IMG/VR virus record: IMGVR_UViG_3300048851_000132
Span: 1 to 51,522 of that record
Direction: 5' to 3' (one strand)
Length of the DNA stretch: 51,522 bases
Origin: a virus
Taxonomy: Duplodnaviria; Caudoviricetes
The translations under genes were made by a program, and so were the position numbers. Shown here piece after piece: positions 19,400-28,682 of the stretch (its first letter is position 1; each line of letters starts with the position of its first letter). The notes under the pieces are model-generated. The model did not search any database and was not told where the DNA came from. It saw only the letters and a list, made by a program, of their open reading frames with translations.

Positions 19400-19605
19400 G
19401 CCGGCCGCCCGTGCTTCAGCGCTGCGACCACCAGCACGGTCCCGCCCGCCACAATGGCGGCCATCAGCAGCAGGCTCAGGATGACGGCGGCGATGATGCC
19501 GCCGACAGCCCCAAGACCCACCATGACCAGGATAGCAACGGCCGCCGCCAGCGCCCGCAGCAGGGTGACAAAAGCCCGCACCAGCGGGCGCAACAGCGCG
19601 GTCAT
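19396..19605 (-). CDS. Small hydrophobic membrane protein
   Basis: 69 aa, almost entirely hydrophobic, with start/stop overlaps to both neighbours. Confidence 0.6.
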   Translation of the reverse strand: MTALLRPLVRAFVTLLRALAAAVAILVMVGLGAVGGIIAAVILSLLLMAAIVAGGTVLVVAALKHGRPA

Positions 19606-19892
19606 CGCACGTTCTCCAGGGTGTCCCAGCCCGGCGGCGCCAGGTCGGAGATCACCGGCGTGAAGGCCTCGCCAGGCCAGAGGGTGGGCATGGGGCCGGG
19701 CTGGTTCATGGCGGCCCGCAATTCCGCCATCGCCTCTGGGCTCAGCGGCGGGATGTGGATCGCGTGCAAGTCGGCCAGCAGAGCCTCACCGTGCCGGAGC
19801 CGCCCCGGCCCGGGCAGAACATTGGGCGCCGCCGCGGCGAGCGGCAGCGCCGCCAGCAGGCCCAGGAGCCGGCGGCGTTCGGTGGTCTTCAT
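19602..19892 (-). CDS. Hypothetical protein with Tat-like leader
   Basis: RRRLLGLLAALPLAAAA N-terminus. Co-oriented in the head operon. Confidence 0.6.
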   Translation of the reverse strand: MKTTERRRLLGLLAALPLAAAAPNVLPGPGRLRHGEALLADLHAIHIPPLSPEAMAELRAAMNQPGPMPTLWPGEAFTPVISDLAPPGWDTLENVR

Positions 19893-19902
19893 GCGATGCC
19901 TT

Positions 19903-21591
19903 TCAGGTGCCGTCGCGGTTGGGCTGCGGGTCGGGGCGCTGCTGGTTCTGGTAGAGCGGCGAGCCCATGGCCCAGGTCGGCAGCGCGAGGCCGCGCCGCT
20001 TCATCATCGCGACCTCCAGCTGGCGCTGGTCGAGGACCTCCTCATAGTCGCGGCCCTGCTCGGCGCATTCGTCTTCCAGCGTGCCAAAGCCCGCCTCCAT
20101 GCCCAGCACCGCGCCCTGGCGCTCGGCCACCGGGTCCACCCAGCCACGCGCCGGGCCGATCCAGCGGCAGGCCATGTAGGCGGTTCGCATCTCGGCGAAG
20201 GCGGGCGCGTTGCGCGGCAGCGGCACCCGCCCCAGCTCGATGGCCTCTTCCAGCCAGGCGCCATAGATCGGGTTGGCGAAGCCAATGGCAAAGTTGTCGC
20301 GCCGGCGCTTCAGTGTCTTCCAGGCCTCCAACATCGCCGCGCGGGCGCTGCTGTAATTGGTCTTGCTGTAGTCCCAGCTCAGCTGCTCGGCCGATTGGCC
20401 GGTGGCCGCCGCGAAGCGCCGCAGCACCGCGCCCTGGAAGGCTTCAAAGCCGCTGTTCGGTCGCGTCGCGGTGACCGATTTCACTTCCTCGCCCGGCGCC
20501 AGGGTTGGCAGCCGCACGCCGTTCAGGCTGAGCGGGTTAGTGTCGTGATGATCCTTGCGGACCTGCTGATAGGCGCTGAGCGTGTCATCCTCGTTGAGGA
20601 TGTTCGTCATGTCCGCCGGGTCCAGCGGGCTCTGGATGAAGGTGGCGAAGATGGTCTGCAGCAGTGCCTGCTGCAGCTCGGCCTGGTCATAGCGCGAGAG
20701 CATGCGCATGGCGCCCAGCACCGAGGTCAGGATGCTGGTGCCGCGATGCTGGGTGCGCCGCTCCGGCTCGAAGTCGTGCACCACCACCGGGCGGCCCCAG
20801 GGCGTCTCGCGCTCGAAGTAGTCCCAACGCTGGGATTCGACGGCGAGGTGGGTATCGCCCTCGTGCGCCTGGCGGATGTGGTAGCCCACCGTGACGCCAA
20901 GGCCGTCAAGCTGGCAGCCGCCGCGCAGGCCTCCAGTGTCCATCTGCCGATACGGGTTCGACAGCCGGTCGGGATCGACCATCTGCACCGCCGTGGCGTA
21001 GCGGGCACCACCGGCATAGACCCGCTCCGGCAGCCAGAGCAGTGGTGCGATGGCATCGCCGTCCACCAGCTTGTGCCGCAATGCCAGCCAGAACATCTGC
21101 GTCATGGTCAGCTGCCGGGCGGCGTCGCAATGCTTGCCGGCGTCATTGGCCCACATGCGCCATTCGGCCTCAGCCGCGCGGCCGAATTCATCGGCCCAGG
21201 TGGCGTCGAAGCGGCCGCCGCCCATCAGTGCCAGGGCGCGGTAGTCGGGCTTGGCGACCAGGCGGAACTGCGAGCCCACCGCGCTGTCCACGATGCGGGT
21301 GATGCCGCCGGAGGCCCAGCCGTCGTTGCGCACCACATCGCGCGAGCGCGCGACCATGCGGTCACGGTCGTTGTTGATCTCGCCGTCGGCCGAGCGGAGC
21401 CAGGGGTTCCAGTCCCCCATCTCCTGGCCAAAGAGGTTGGCGGCGTCATAGGCGAAGCCGCCCGCCATGCCGCCCATGCTGGGGCCGCCGTTGTGGCCCA
21501 TGCGGGAGCGGGAGGGCGTTTTGGCCTGCGCCGGCACCGCCGTCGCCTTGGCCGCCGGGCGAGCAGCGGCGCGGGGCTTGCGAGGGCTCAC
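19903..21591 (-). CDS. Portal protein (lambda gpB family)
   Basis: AR.RD..RND, Q.RG, DYS..NYSSAR and W..P.RGWVDP..E motifs. Confidence 0.97.
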   Translation of the reverse strand: MSPRKPRAAARPAAKATAVPAQAKTPSRSRMGHNGGPSMGGMAGGFAYDAANLFGQEMGDWNPWLRSADGEINNDRDRMVARSRDVVRNDGWASGGITRIVDSAVGSQFRLVAKPDYRALALMGGGRFDATWADEFGRAAEAEWRMWANDAGKHCDAARQLTMTQMFWLALRHKLVDGDAIAPLLWLPERVYAGGARYATAVQMVDPDRLSNPYRQMDTGGLRGGCQLDGLGVTVGYHIRQAHEGDTHLAVESQRWDYFERETPWGRPVVVHDFEPERRTQHRGTSILTSVLGAMRMLSRYDQAELQQALLQTIFATFIQSPLDPADMTNILNEDDTLSAYQQVRKDHHDTNPLSLNGVRLPTLAPGEEVKSVTATRPNSGFEAFQGAVLRRFAAATGQSAEQLSWDYSKTNYSSARAAMLEAWKTLKRRRDNFAIGFANPIYGAWLEEAIELGRVPLPRNAPAFAEMRTAYMACRWIGPARGWVDPVAERQGAVLGMEAGFGTLEDECAEQGRDYEEVLDQRQLEVAMMKRRGLALPTWAMGSPLYQNQQRPDPQPNRDGT

Positions 21592-21845
21592 CGGAACCTC
21601 ACCGCAATGGCGTCTTGTGCGACGCCCAGCGCCAGGTTGATCTGGCGGATCAGGAGTCGGATCTTGGTGTCATCCGCCGCCGTATAGGTGACGGAGCGAG
21701 ATCCGGTGCCCTGGGCATAGGCCACCGTGACCGCCTTCTCGCCGGCCGCCAGCGACAGCAGCGCCTCCTGCAGCGCCGCGCGGCGCGCGATCAGCAGGTC
21801 GCGCGACATGCCGGCGAAGGTGCCGCTCTGAATAGTTCCCGACAT
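21588..21845 (-). CDS. gpW-like head completion protein
   Basis: 85 aa between terminase and portal, with G.K.V.V.Y..G.RSV.YT.A motif. Confidence 0.85.
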   Translation of the reverse strand: MSGTIQSGTFAGMSRDLLIARRAALQEALLSLAAGEKAVTVAYAQGTGSRSVTYTAADDTKIRLLIRQINLALGVAQDAIAVRFR

Positions 21846-21855
21846 GCTGTCCTCA

Positions 21856-23988
21856 TCAGGCCCAGCGCGATTTGCGCGCGACGGCCTTTGGTGGAGGCGG
21901 CGCGGCCGGCGGGGCCGGCTCGCCTGCCGTGGCAGGGATGGCGCGGCGCTGGAGATCCTCCGGCGTCGCCTGATAGGGCTGGGCGGCCTCCTCGGCGCGG
22001 CGGTTGAGGCCAAGGCCGAAGTGCAGCAGGCCGCAGAGCGCGGCATAGGCGTAGACCCGGCAGTCCAGCGCCTCGTTGCGCCGGCCGGGCAGCTGCACCC
22101 AGACCCGGTACTTGCGGCCACCGGCCTCGCGCACGTCCAGGCGCTCGGCCAGCAGGTGGGCGTACCAGTTGATGTCGCGGTCATGCGGCACGTGCATGTA
22201 GCCGGCGCCCGGTGCCTCGATCGCCAGCCGGGCCCGGATCACGTCCTTGGCCGCGTTCACGCCGAGCATGATCGGGCGATAGCTGGCCTTGGTGCGCGAC
22301 ATCGGCCGCTTGGTCGGCCAGACCGGGTTGCGCACGCCGTTCTGCGCGCTCTCGCCCTTGATGCCCCAAATCTTGCGGCCGAGCCGCGCCTTGCAGAACT
22401 CGTAGACCTTCTGCGTGTTCTGGCCACCGGTATCGATGCAGGTGGCCGCGATGACGAAAGGCTTGCCGTCATCGCGCAGGAAGGTCTGCTTCAGGTAGGC
22501 GTCGACCTTGTCCCAGACCACGTCGGTGTTGGCGTCGCCCTCGATGACCTCGTAGGCGACCGACCAGGATTCCTCGTTGCGGCCCCAGCCCACTACCTCC
22601 AGCTCGACACGATCCGGCTGCACGTCCACGCCGCAGGTCAGGATGGCGACGCCATGCGGCACCTGGCCCGCCCATTGCTCGCCACGCTCGGCCAGCTTCT
22701 CCAGCACCAGCGCCTTGCCGCCATGGGCGCGGTAGGGCAGCCCGGCCTGGGTATTCCACCAGGCCTGCAGCCGGTCCTCGTCGCCCTGTGCCGCCAGCCA
22801 CTTCTCAGCGATGTCGCTGGGCTTGTCCTTCTGCCAGGGGCTGAACAGCTTGCCGGCCTGGAAGCCGGCGTGCTTGTTCGGCACCGCCCAGCTGCCGCAG
22901 TGGGCGCATTTGGCGCGGTAGACGGCCCAGCGAGGCCCCTGCCACCAGTCCCAGACCTGCAGCACCGAATCCAGCACCGGGCTGCCCTCCCGCGCCGCGC
23001 GCCAAGCGCGTTCATAGGCCTCCAGCGGAAACTGCAACTCGCCGCAGCACTTGAAGGGCTTCGTCTGATGGTGCCGCGTGGTCTGCAGCGCCTTCAGGCG
23101 CTCGCCTTCCACCCAGGGCCGCCGGCACGCCTCGCACCAGATCTGCGCCGTCTCCGGGCGGTGCGTCACGCCCTGCGGCGTAACGTCCTTGTCCCAATCG
23201 ACGTGCTTGAAGAAATCCAGGAACTGCCGGTGCCGGCAGTGCGGACACTGCACCGAGCCACGCCGCTGGTCGCTCTCGGCATAGCTGGCGGCGATGCGGC
23301 TTTCGTCCTCGACGGTCGGCGAGCAGACCCGCAGGGACAACCAGTTGAGCGCGAAGCTGGCGGTGCGTTCCTCGGCCAGCGCGATGGGGTCGCCTTCGCG
23401 GGTGACCGGGTATTTGTCCACCTCGTCGCAGAGCAGCACCCGGATCGGCCGGCGCGCCAGGTTGTCCGGGCTGCCGGCACCCGCCAGCGCCAGGAAGCCG
23501 CCGGGGAAGCTCTTGAAGAGCAGCGTCTCGTCGGCCTTGCGCGTCTTGGCGGTGCCGATCAGTGGCTTGAGCGCGGGCGTCGCCCGCACCATCGGCGTGA
23601 TGCGCTCTTTCGAGAACTGCTCGGCCGCCGCTTCCTTCGGCTGCAGCAGCAGCATCGGGCAGGGATCGAGATGGGCGAAGTAGCCGAAGACGTTCTCCAG
23701 CAGTGCCGTCTTCAGCAGCTGCGTCGAAACCATCACCGAGATGATGTGAACGCCCGGCTCGGTCACCGCCATCATCGGCCCGCGGGCCACCTCGACGGTA
23801 CCGGTGCTCCAGTCGCCGCTGTTGCTGCCTGCTTCCTTGGCCAGCTTGCGGTTGTTGTCGGCCCAATCCGGGACGCTGATGCGGGGCGGCGGGGTCCAGC
23901 CCTTCTGGGCGGAGAGCCAAAGGCGGTCAGTCTTCGGTGAAGGCGGTCGGCTTTGGCTCTCCGAGCCGCACAAGCTGCTGGTGGACAT
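21856..23988 (-). CDS. Terminase large subunit (lambda GpA family)
   Basis: TQLLKT Walker A variant, DEVDKYP Walker B, SPT, CPHC, GVDVQ.D, IDTGG and RNEALDC motifs. Confidence 0.97.
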   Translation of the reverse strand: MSTSSLCGSESQSRPPSPKTDRLWLSAQKGWTPPPRISVPDWADNNRKLAKEAGSNSGDWSTGTVEVARGPMMAVTEPGVHIISVMVSTQLLKTALLENVFGYFAHLDPCPMLLLQPKEAAAEQFSKERITPMVRATPALKPLIGTAKTRKADETLLFKSFPGGFLALAGAGSPDNLARRPIRVLLCDEVDKYPVTREGDPIALAEERTASFALNWLSLRVCSPTVEDESRIAASYAESDQRRGSVQCPHCRHRQFLDFFKHVDWDKDVTPQGVTHRPETAQIWCEACRRPWVEGERLKALQTTRHHQTKPFKCCGELQFPLEAYERAWRAAREGSPVLDSVLQVWDWWQGPRWAVYRAKCAHCGSWAVPNKHAGFQAGKLFSPWQKDKPSDIAEKWLAAQGDEDRLQAWWNTQAGLPYRAHGGKALVLEKLAERGEQWAGQVPHGVAILTCGVDVQPDRVELEVVGWGRNEESWSVAYEVIEGDANTDVVWDKVDAYLKQTFLRDDGKPFVIAATCIDTGGQNTQKVYEFCKARLGRKIWGIKGESAQNGVRNPVWPTKRPMSRTKASYRPIMLGVNAAKDVIRARLAIEAPGAGYMHVPHDRDINWYAHLLAERLDVREAGGRKYRVWVQLPGRRNEALDCRVYAYAALCGLLHFGLGLNRRAEEAAQPYQATPEDLQRRAIPATAGEPAPPAAPPPPKAVARKSRWA

Positions 23989-24628
23989 AAGGGGTCATCG
24001 CCTCGACGACTTTGGCCGCGTCCAGGCCCAGGTCGGCTGCCAGAAGCGGCCCGATCTTTGTTGGCCAATTGGTCCAGGCGTCGCGCCATTGCCGCGCCGC
24101 CTCGAACAGCACGTTTTCGGCCAGGGCCAGCTCGATCAAGGCGCCGGCGCGCTTCTGGGCATCGAGCGCCTGCTTCAGGGCCAGGGCGGCCGCCTTCACG
24201 CGCTCGGAGGTGGCGAGCGCTGGGAAGTCGCCGCTCAGCACCCGGCGGGCGAATTCGTCGAAGTCGATGCTTTCGCCGTCTTCGCCCTCACCCTCGGCGG
24301 CGCGGCGGCGCTTCAGGGCGCCACCATGCGGCTGGCCTTCCAGCGCCTCCTGGGGCCCGCCAGGTGCGGACACCGGCGGGGTGCTGGTGCGGACAGTAGG
24401 TGCGGACATGTCCGCACGCATGTCCGCAGCCGTGTCCGCACGCCGGTTGGCCTTGCGCCAGCCGGTGCCGACCAGCGCGGGCGGCAGCTTCCCATCGGGG
24501 AAAGGGGTGAGATATCCGCCACTTATGGCGCGGCGGATGATCTTGTCGCTGACGCCTTCGCGGCGGGCAAACTCGCGAATGGAGATGCCGTCCGCAGCGG
24601 GTGCGGACACTGCGGACACTGCGGACAT
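23927..24628 (-). CDS. Terminase small subunit
   Basis: N-terminal HTH (SIREFARREGVS...IRRAI..G) and RDAW..WP motif. Directly upstream of TerL. Confidence 0.85.
   Translation of the reverse strand: MSAVSAVSAPAADGISIREFARREGVSDKIIRRAISGGYLTPFPDGKLPPALVGTGWRKANRRADTAADMRADMSAPTVRTSTPPVSAPGGPQEALEGQPHGGALKRRRAAEGEGEDGESIDFDEFARRVLSGDFPALATSERVKAAALALKQALDAQKRAGALIELALAENVLFEAARQWRDAWTNWPTKIGPLLAADLGLDAAKVVEAMTPYVHQQLVRLGEPKPTAFTED
24365..24627. repeat. Cluster of TGCGGACA direct/inverted repeats (candidate cosB-like TerS binding sites)
   Basis: TGCGGACA at 24365, 24388, 24401, 24602, 24611, 24620. Inverse TGTCCGCA at 24409, 24421, 24433, with a 1-mismatch copy at 24589. Confidence 0.7.
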
Positions 24629-24654
24629 GATTTCATACCCCGTAGCTGGAGGTG

Positions 24655-24704
24655 GGCGGGGGGGCGAATTGTCCCGCAGGCCCCTACCCCCCGAGGAAGG
24701 ACCC
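24655..24704 (-). other. Predicted cos site (cosQ + cosN)
   Basis: Minus-strand GGGTCCT (24704-24698) is identical to lambda cosQ and lies ~70 bp upstream of terS. By lambda spacing the nick falls near 24678 (TGCGGGACAATTCGC). Confidence 0.7.
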
Positions 24705-24794
24705 AAGAAGGGGGGGCCTGCCCTGTCAGCTAAGGTAATGAGAGGTGGCAGGAGGGATGGATGACAGCTGAGCACAGCTGGAGCACCGGCTCCC

Positions 24795-25001
24795 GGCCTG
24801 CCATTCCACCGCAGCGGTACGAAGCACCGGCCGCCTGCCCGGCCTGGATCTACAACAACCGCAATCGCGTTGAGCGGCTCTGGGCGAGGCTGAAGGAATG
24901 GCGCGCCGTCGCCACGCGCAATGAGAAAACCGCCCGATCCTTCCTCGGCGTCCTCTGCCTGGCCGCCCTGCTCGATTGGCTTAAGAGCTAACGGACCCTA
25001 G
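24795..25001 (+). mobile_element. IS5-family (IS427-like) transposase 3' remnant
   Basis: Y.NRNRVERLWARLKEWRAVATR.EKTARSFLG...LAA..DW is the IS5 C-terminus. No N-terminal part is present. Confidence 0.88.
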
Positions 25002-25160
25002 CGAGGCGCCAGCTAAGCTGGAAGAATTCAGCCCGGAGCTAAAGTATTAAAGAAAATATTAAAATAAGTTCACGGGTTTGAATACTTTGATGGTATACCT
25101 TCATTGGGCGGCCGTCAGGTTGTCTGCCGGACACCCGACTTTACAGTCAGAGGGTGTGCC

Positions 25161-25478
25161 ATGTTAATCCATGTAAAACTTCTTGCCGTAGCGGCAAGTC
25201 TCGGAATGGTGGCCTCGGCGTCTGCTGCCGGACAGGTCGTCCCCAGCTACACGCAAGGCGAAAGCTTTTCTGTTGCTCTGGACCCCAGCCGTGCCAACAA
25301 CCTGGTTGGGGGTGGCCTTCTGCGCGTCTCGGGCGGCAGCGAGGGCATAGAGTACGACGATAGTTACTGGATCGGCCAAACCACTAGCTTCCCAAGCCGG
25401 ATAGGAGGTGGGGAAGGCGGGGGCATAGTCTATGCCACAACTCAGGCTTCCGTCCCAAGAACTAGCATGCGGCGTTGA
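25161..25478 (+). CDS. Hypothetical secreted protein (moron)
   Basis: Signal peptide ending ASASA. Preceded by an AT-rich promoter-like stretch at 25040-25100. Confidence 0.65.
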   Translation: MLIHVKLLAVAASLGMVASASAAGQVVPSYTQGESFSVALDPSRANNLVGGGLLRVSGGSEGIEYDDSYWIGQTTSFPSRIGGGEGGGIVYATTQASVPRTSMRR

Positions 25479-25733
25479 CGGTGGTCGTTGCCGCTAGGCT
25501 GCTCGGGAGCAGCAAGGGCACTACTTGGCCGCTCCCCCCTAGGCTGGCTTCCAGTGCAACTCATGTGGCCGGGCGGAGTGGTCGAAGCGGTCTCCTGGGC
25601 CTCCCGCTTGCACCACTCTCGGATGGTTTGGCTGCTCACCCCCAGGGGCTAGGTCGGCACGCTGCAGAGCTCGGTGGAGCAGGCGATCTCGCCACAGCCT
25701 GCTCCGTTTAAGTGGATCGGGAGCTAACAGGCT

Positions 25734-26321
25734 CTAGGACCTGATTGTCGCCTTCGCCAGCGACTGGCGGAAGGCGGCCGGCCAAGTGGCCTGGGCCACC
25801 TTGAGGGCGCGTGCCTTGAAGCCGAAGCGCGGCTTGTAGGTCGCCTTGGATGCGTAGAAGGCCAGCAGCTTGGTGGCGCCGCCCTTCAGGCGCTGCCAGA
25901 GACCCGGCACGCCATCGATCTTGCCGCTGAAGGTGGCTGGCTTGGCGCGCGCCACAGCCACCGCACCCCTCGGCATGTTGCCGTACTGGTTCCGCCGGAT
26001 CTGGCGCGGCAGCAGGATGGCCCGCTTCTTCGGCTGCCGGGTGCCGCCGGTCTCCTGCAGCTCCAGGTACTCGGCCTGCTTGTCTTTCACGAAGACCCGC
26101 GCTTCCAGCGTCGCCTTGGTGGCGCGCTGGACGCCGATGCTGTTCATGGTGAAGGGCGTCGGCTTGTCGAAGATGCTGGGCAGCTGCCGCCGCACCGCGA
26201 TCTGCGCGGCGGCGGCAGTGTCGTTCAGCGCCTGGGCGGCCGCGAAAGGCACCTGCTTCCGCGCCAGGTCATCCAGTGCCCGGGTCATGGGTCGGAAGTC
26301 GGCGCGGAAGTCAGGCTTCAC
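25734..26321 (-). CDS. Phage minor tail/neck protein (gpZ-like)
   Basis: KQVPFA.AQALNDTA, FD.PTPFT and Y.PRF.F motifs, typical of the gene upstream of cos in alphaproteobacterial lambdoids. Start uncertain. Confidence 0.7.
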   Translation of the reverse strand: MKPDFRADFRPMTRALDDLARKQVPFAAAQALNDTAAAAQIAVRRQLPSIFDKPTPFTMNSIGVQRATKATLEARVFVKDKQAEYLELQETGGTRQPKKRAILLPRQIRRNQYGNMPRGAVAVARAKPATFSGKIDGVPGLWQRLKGGATKLLAFYASKATYKPRFGFKARALKVAQATWPAAFRQSLAKATIRS

Positions 26322-26532
26322 GGAATGCGCCGCAGGCAGGATACGACTCACGGTCACGCAACCTACGAGAGCATTTCGTGTTGATTCTCAACCAGAGATT
26401 GCGGTCTTTCAAAAGGGCAAGGCATCATGTTGGCTACCGTCGGGACTATCGCTGCTACCGCTCTCGTGGCGCCATTGGCCGCAGCCGCCCTGGTAGGGCT
26501 GAGCGTGGTAGGTGTGGCAGTGGCTGGGCACC

Positions 26533-26859
26533 TCACGAACCTTGCTCCAAAGCTGCCCTTCCTGGCAGAGCCCGCGGAAGCGGCACCTGCACCAGCTCAC
26601 CGCTGGCCAGCTTCTCGTTGATGACCCGCTGGTCATCGCGCAGCAGCCAGTTGGCCAGCAGGTAAACCGGCGTGCCGTGCGGGCGGTGCATGAAGCCGGT
26701 GGACCGATCAGCCACCGCATGCACCTCCTGCCCCTCGGGCGTCCGGTACTGGCCGTGCCCCGTTGGTTCCCAGCCGAACTCGGCGGTCACCAGCTGGTGC
26801 GCCTTGGCCATGCTGCGGGAGACCAGCAGCGCCACGGGGCGCGCCAGGACCTCCGACAT
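26533..26859 (-). CDS. Hypothetical phage protein
   Basis: 108 aa, translationally coupled to the upstream gene. Confidence 0.65.
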   Translation of the reverse strand: MSEVLARPVALLVSRSMAKAHQLVTAEFGWEPTGHGQYRTPEGQEVHAVADRSTGFMHRPHGTPVYLLANWLLRDDQRVINEKLASGELVQVPLPRALPGRAALEQGS

Positions 26860-27098
26860 CAGTGGCCGCGCGCCAGGCGCTTCGCGTTCTTCCGCGCGCG
26901 CTTGGCTTCCGCCGCTTCGATAGCCAGGAAGTCGCTGGCGCCCATACGCTTCGGACCACGGCGGGGCTCGCTGCGAATGGCCTGGCGGGTGATCTCGCCC
27001 GCCACCACGATGCGGCGGCTGGTCTCAGAGCTGCTGGGCCGCAGGATCATGCCGGCCGCCGCGAGGGCGGCACCGAGAATGCGCATCGACCGCAGCAT
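26859..27098 (-). CDS. Hypothetical phage protein
   Basis: 79 aa with TGATG coupling on both sides. Confidence 0.6.
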   Translation of the reverse strand: MLRSMRILGAALAAAGMILRPSSSETSRRIVVAGEITRQAIRSEPRRGPKRMGASDFLAIEAAEAKRARKNAKRLARGH

Positions 27099-27457
27099 CA
27101 GCGGACCTCCAGCATGGTGTAGGCCTTGCGACCTTCCTTGCCGGGCATATGCTTCCCGACCATGGAGCGCGTGATCTTCGGCCCCACCGTCTCCGGCAGC
27201 TCGGCCACGTCGGTGCGCGTCAGCACATGCGTGCCGGCATAGGCGACGGACGCATCGCCCATCGCCTGCAGCAGCACCGGCTTGATCTCCTTGAGCCGCT
27301 TCTCCAGCCGGTTCTTCTCTGGCGCGGCCTTGGCGTACTCGGCGGCCAGCTTCACCAGCGCCGGGTCGGTGATGACCGGATAGTTGGTGCCGGCGGGCGC
27401 CGCCGGCGCCGGATCCGCCGCGGCCTTCTTGGCGCGCGGCTTCGGGGTGGTGACCAT
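27098..27457 (-). CDS. Hypothetical phage protein
   Basis: 119 aa, coupled to the recombinase gene. Confidence 0.7.
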   Translation of the reverse strand: MVTTPKPRAKKAAADPAPAAPAGTNYPVITDPALVKLAAEYAKAAPEKNRLEKRLKEIKPVLLQAMGDASVAYAGTHVLTRTDVAELPETVGPKITRSMVGKHMPGKEGRKAYTMLEVR

Positions 27458-28173
27458 CAGGCGGAAGTCCTCTTCAGGATGCGGGCCACCTGCACGGGGT
27501 GCCAGACGTCACCGCCGGCAGGTGTGCGGATGCCGCGCGCGGTCAGCGCCTCGGCGATCTGCGAGTGGTTGGCGCAGCCGGCCTTCCGCGCCGCCAGGAT
27601 GGCGGGCAGCACATCGCGGGCGTGCTGCGCGGCCTTGGCGACGCGGATCTCGGTGGCCTGGCTGACGGCAGCGCCGTCGCCGGCGCGGAGCTTCGGGTTG
27701 CCGAGCTTCACGCCGCGCGCCTTGGCCGCCTGCAAGGCAGCCCTGGTGCGCGCCGAGATCATCTCGCGCTCATGCTCGGCGACGGCGGCCAGGATGTGGA
27801 TGGTGAGGCGGCTGGCATGCGGGTTGTCGCAAGCGACGAACTCGATGCCGGCTTCCATCAGGTTGGAGACGAAGGCGACGTTGCGGGCCAGCCGATCCAG
27901 CTTGGCGATCACCAGCGTGGCGCGGCGCGACCGGCAGGCGGCGATGGCCGCGAGGATCTGGGGGCGGTCATTCTTCTTGCCGCTCTCCACCTCCCGGAAC
28001 ACGTCCAGGATGCGACCGCCGGCGGCGCGCACATGGCGCTCAACCGCCTCTTGCTGGGCCTCTAATCCGAGGCCGCTGGCGCCCTGCTTGTCGGTGGAGA
28101 CGCGGTAGTAGGCGACGAACCCCGGAACGCCGTCCCCGCCCCCCAGCCTCTTCAGCGGGGTTTTGCGGGCCAT
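27457..28173 (-). CDS. Serine recombinase (resolvase/invertase family) 1
   Basis: YYRVSTDKQG.SGLGLEAQ, E.ESG, KLDRLAR, ERE.IS.RT..AL..AKARG..LGNP motifs. Confidence 0.95.
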   Translation of the reverse strand: MARKTPLKRLGGGDGVPGFVAYYRVSTDKQGASGLGLEAQQEAVERHVRAAGGRILDVFREVESGKKNDRPQILAAIAACRSRRATLVIAKLDRLARNVAFVSNLMEAGIEFVACDNPHASRLTIHILAAVAEHEREMISARTRAALQAAKARGVKLGNPKLRAGDGAAVSQATEIRVAKAAQHARDVLPAILAARKAGCANHSQIAEALTARGIRTPAGGDVWHPVQVARILKRTSA

Positions 28174-28206
28174 TCTGGATCCCGATTATGGGTCGGAGGG
28201 GGTGAA

Positions 28207-28237
28207 CACTACGAAACGTCCGTTTGACGAAATGTGC
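28207..28237. other. hix/res-like serine-recombinase crossover site
   Basis: AAACG-TC-CGTTT palindrome (28214-28225) with a 2-bp centre, ~40 bp upstream of the recombinase 1 start. Compare the hix/gix core AAACC-AA-GGTTT. Confidence 0.65.
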
Positions 28238-28275
28238 GGACAGGCGCTTGATGCTCAGGCAGTCGAAAGGGATGC

Positions 28276-28491
28276 TTGATGCCCCTGACCGATGACGATA
28301 GGCGGGATGTCAAAGATCAGCTCCGCGACATCATCCGACGCTCCGCAATCACAGGGCAGTACGACAGCCCAGAGACCGCCGCCGCGCTCGTGGTGCTGGT
28401 GATCTGCCGCGAACTCGGCGTTCCGCAGGAAGACGTGCCTGCTGTGCTGCAGAAAGGATTGCAGCGGTGGGGTGGCGAACCGTCACAGTGA
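28276..28491 (+). CDS. Hypothetical protein
   Basis: 71-aa ORF with protein-like composition, divergent from recombinase 1. Confidence 0.55.
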   Translation: MMPLTDDDRRDVKDQLRDIIRRSAITGQYDSPETAAALVVLVICRELGVPQEDVPAVLQKGLQRWGGEPSQ

Positions 28492-28682
28492 CGAGTGCCG
28501 CTGGCAATCGGTCGTTGCGGCCGTTGGTACAGCGGCGCCCTTTGGCGGAGGCGAAAGGGTCGGCGTAACGACGACACCGAGCGCCGCGCTGCTGAGCCCC
28601 TGCAGGGCTTCGCAGTCCGGATGGTTCACGCCGCAGATGCGCCCTTGCAGGCCGCGCGATGCCGGGCAGGTGCATGCGTACA

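Noticed and set aside
67-24764. Very long plus-strand ORFs (e.g. 67..2400, 13084..15072, 16102..18507, 19384..21687, 21844..23940)
   Set aside because: They are antisense shadows of recognisable minus-strand phage genes in high-GC DNA and have no motifs of their own.
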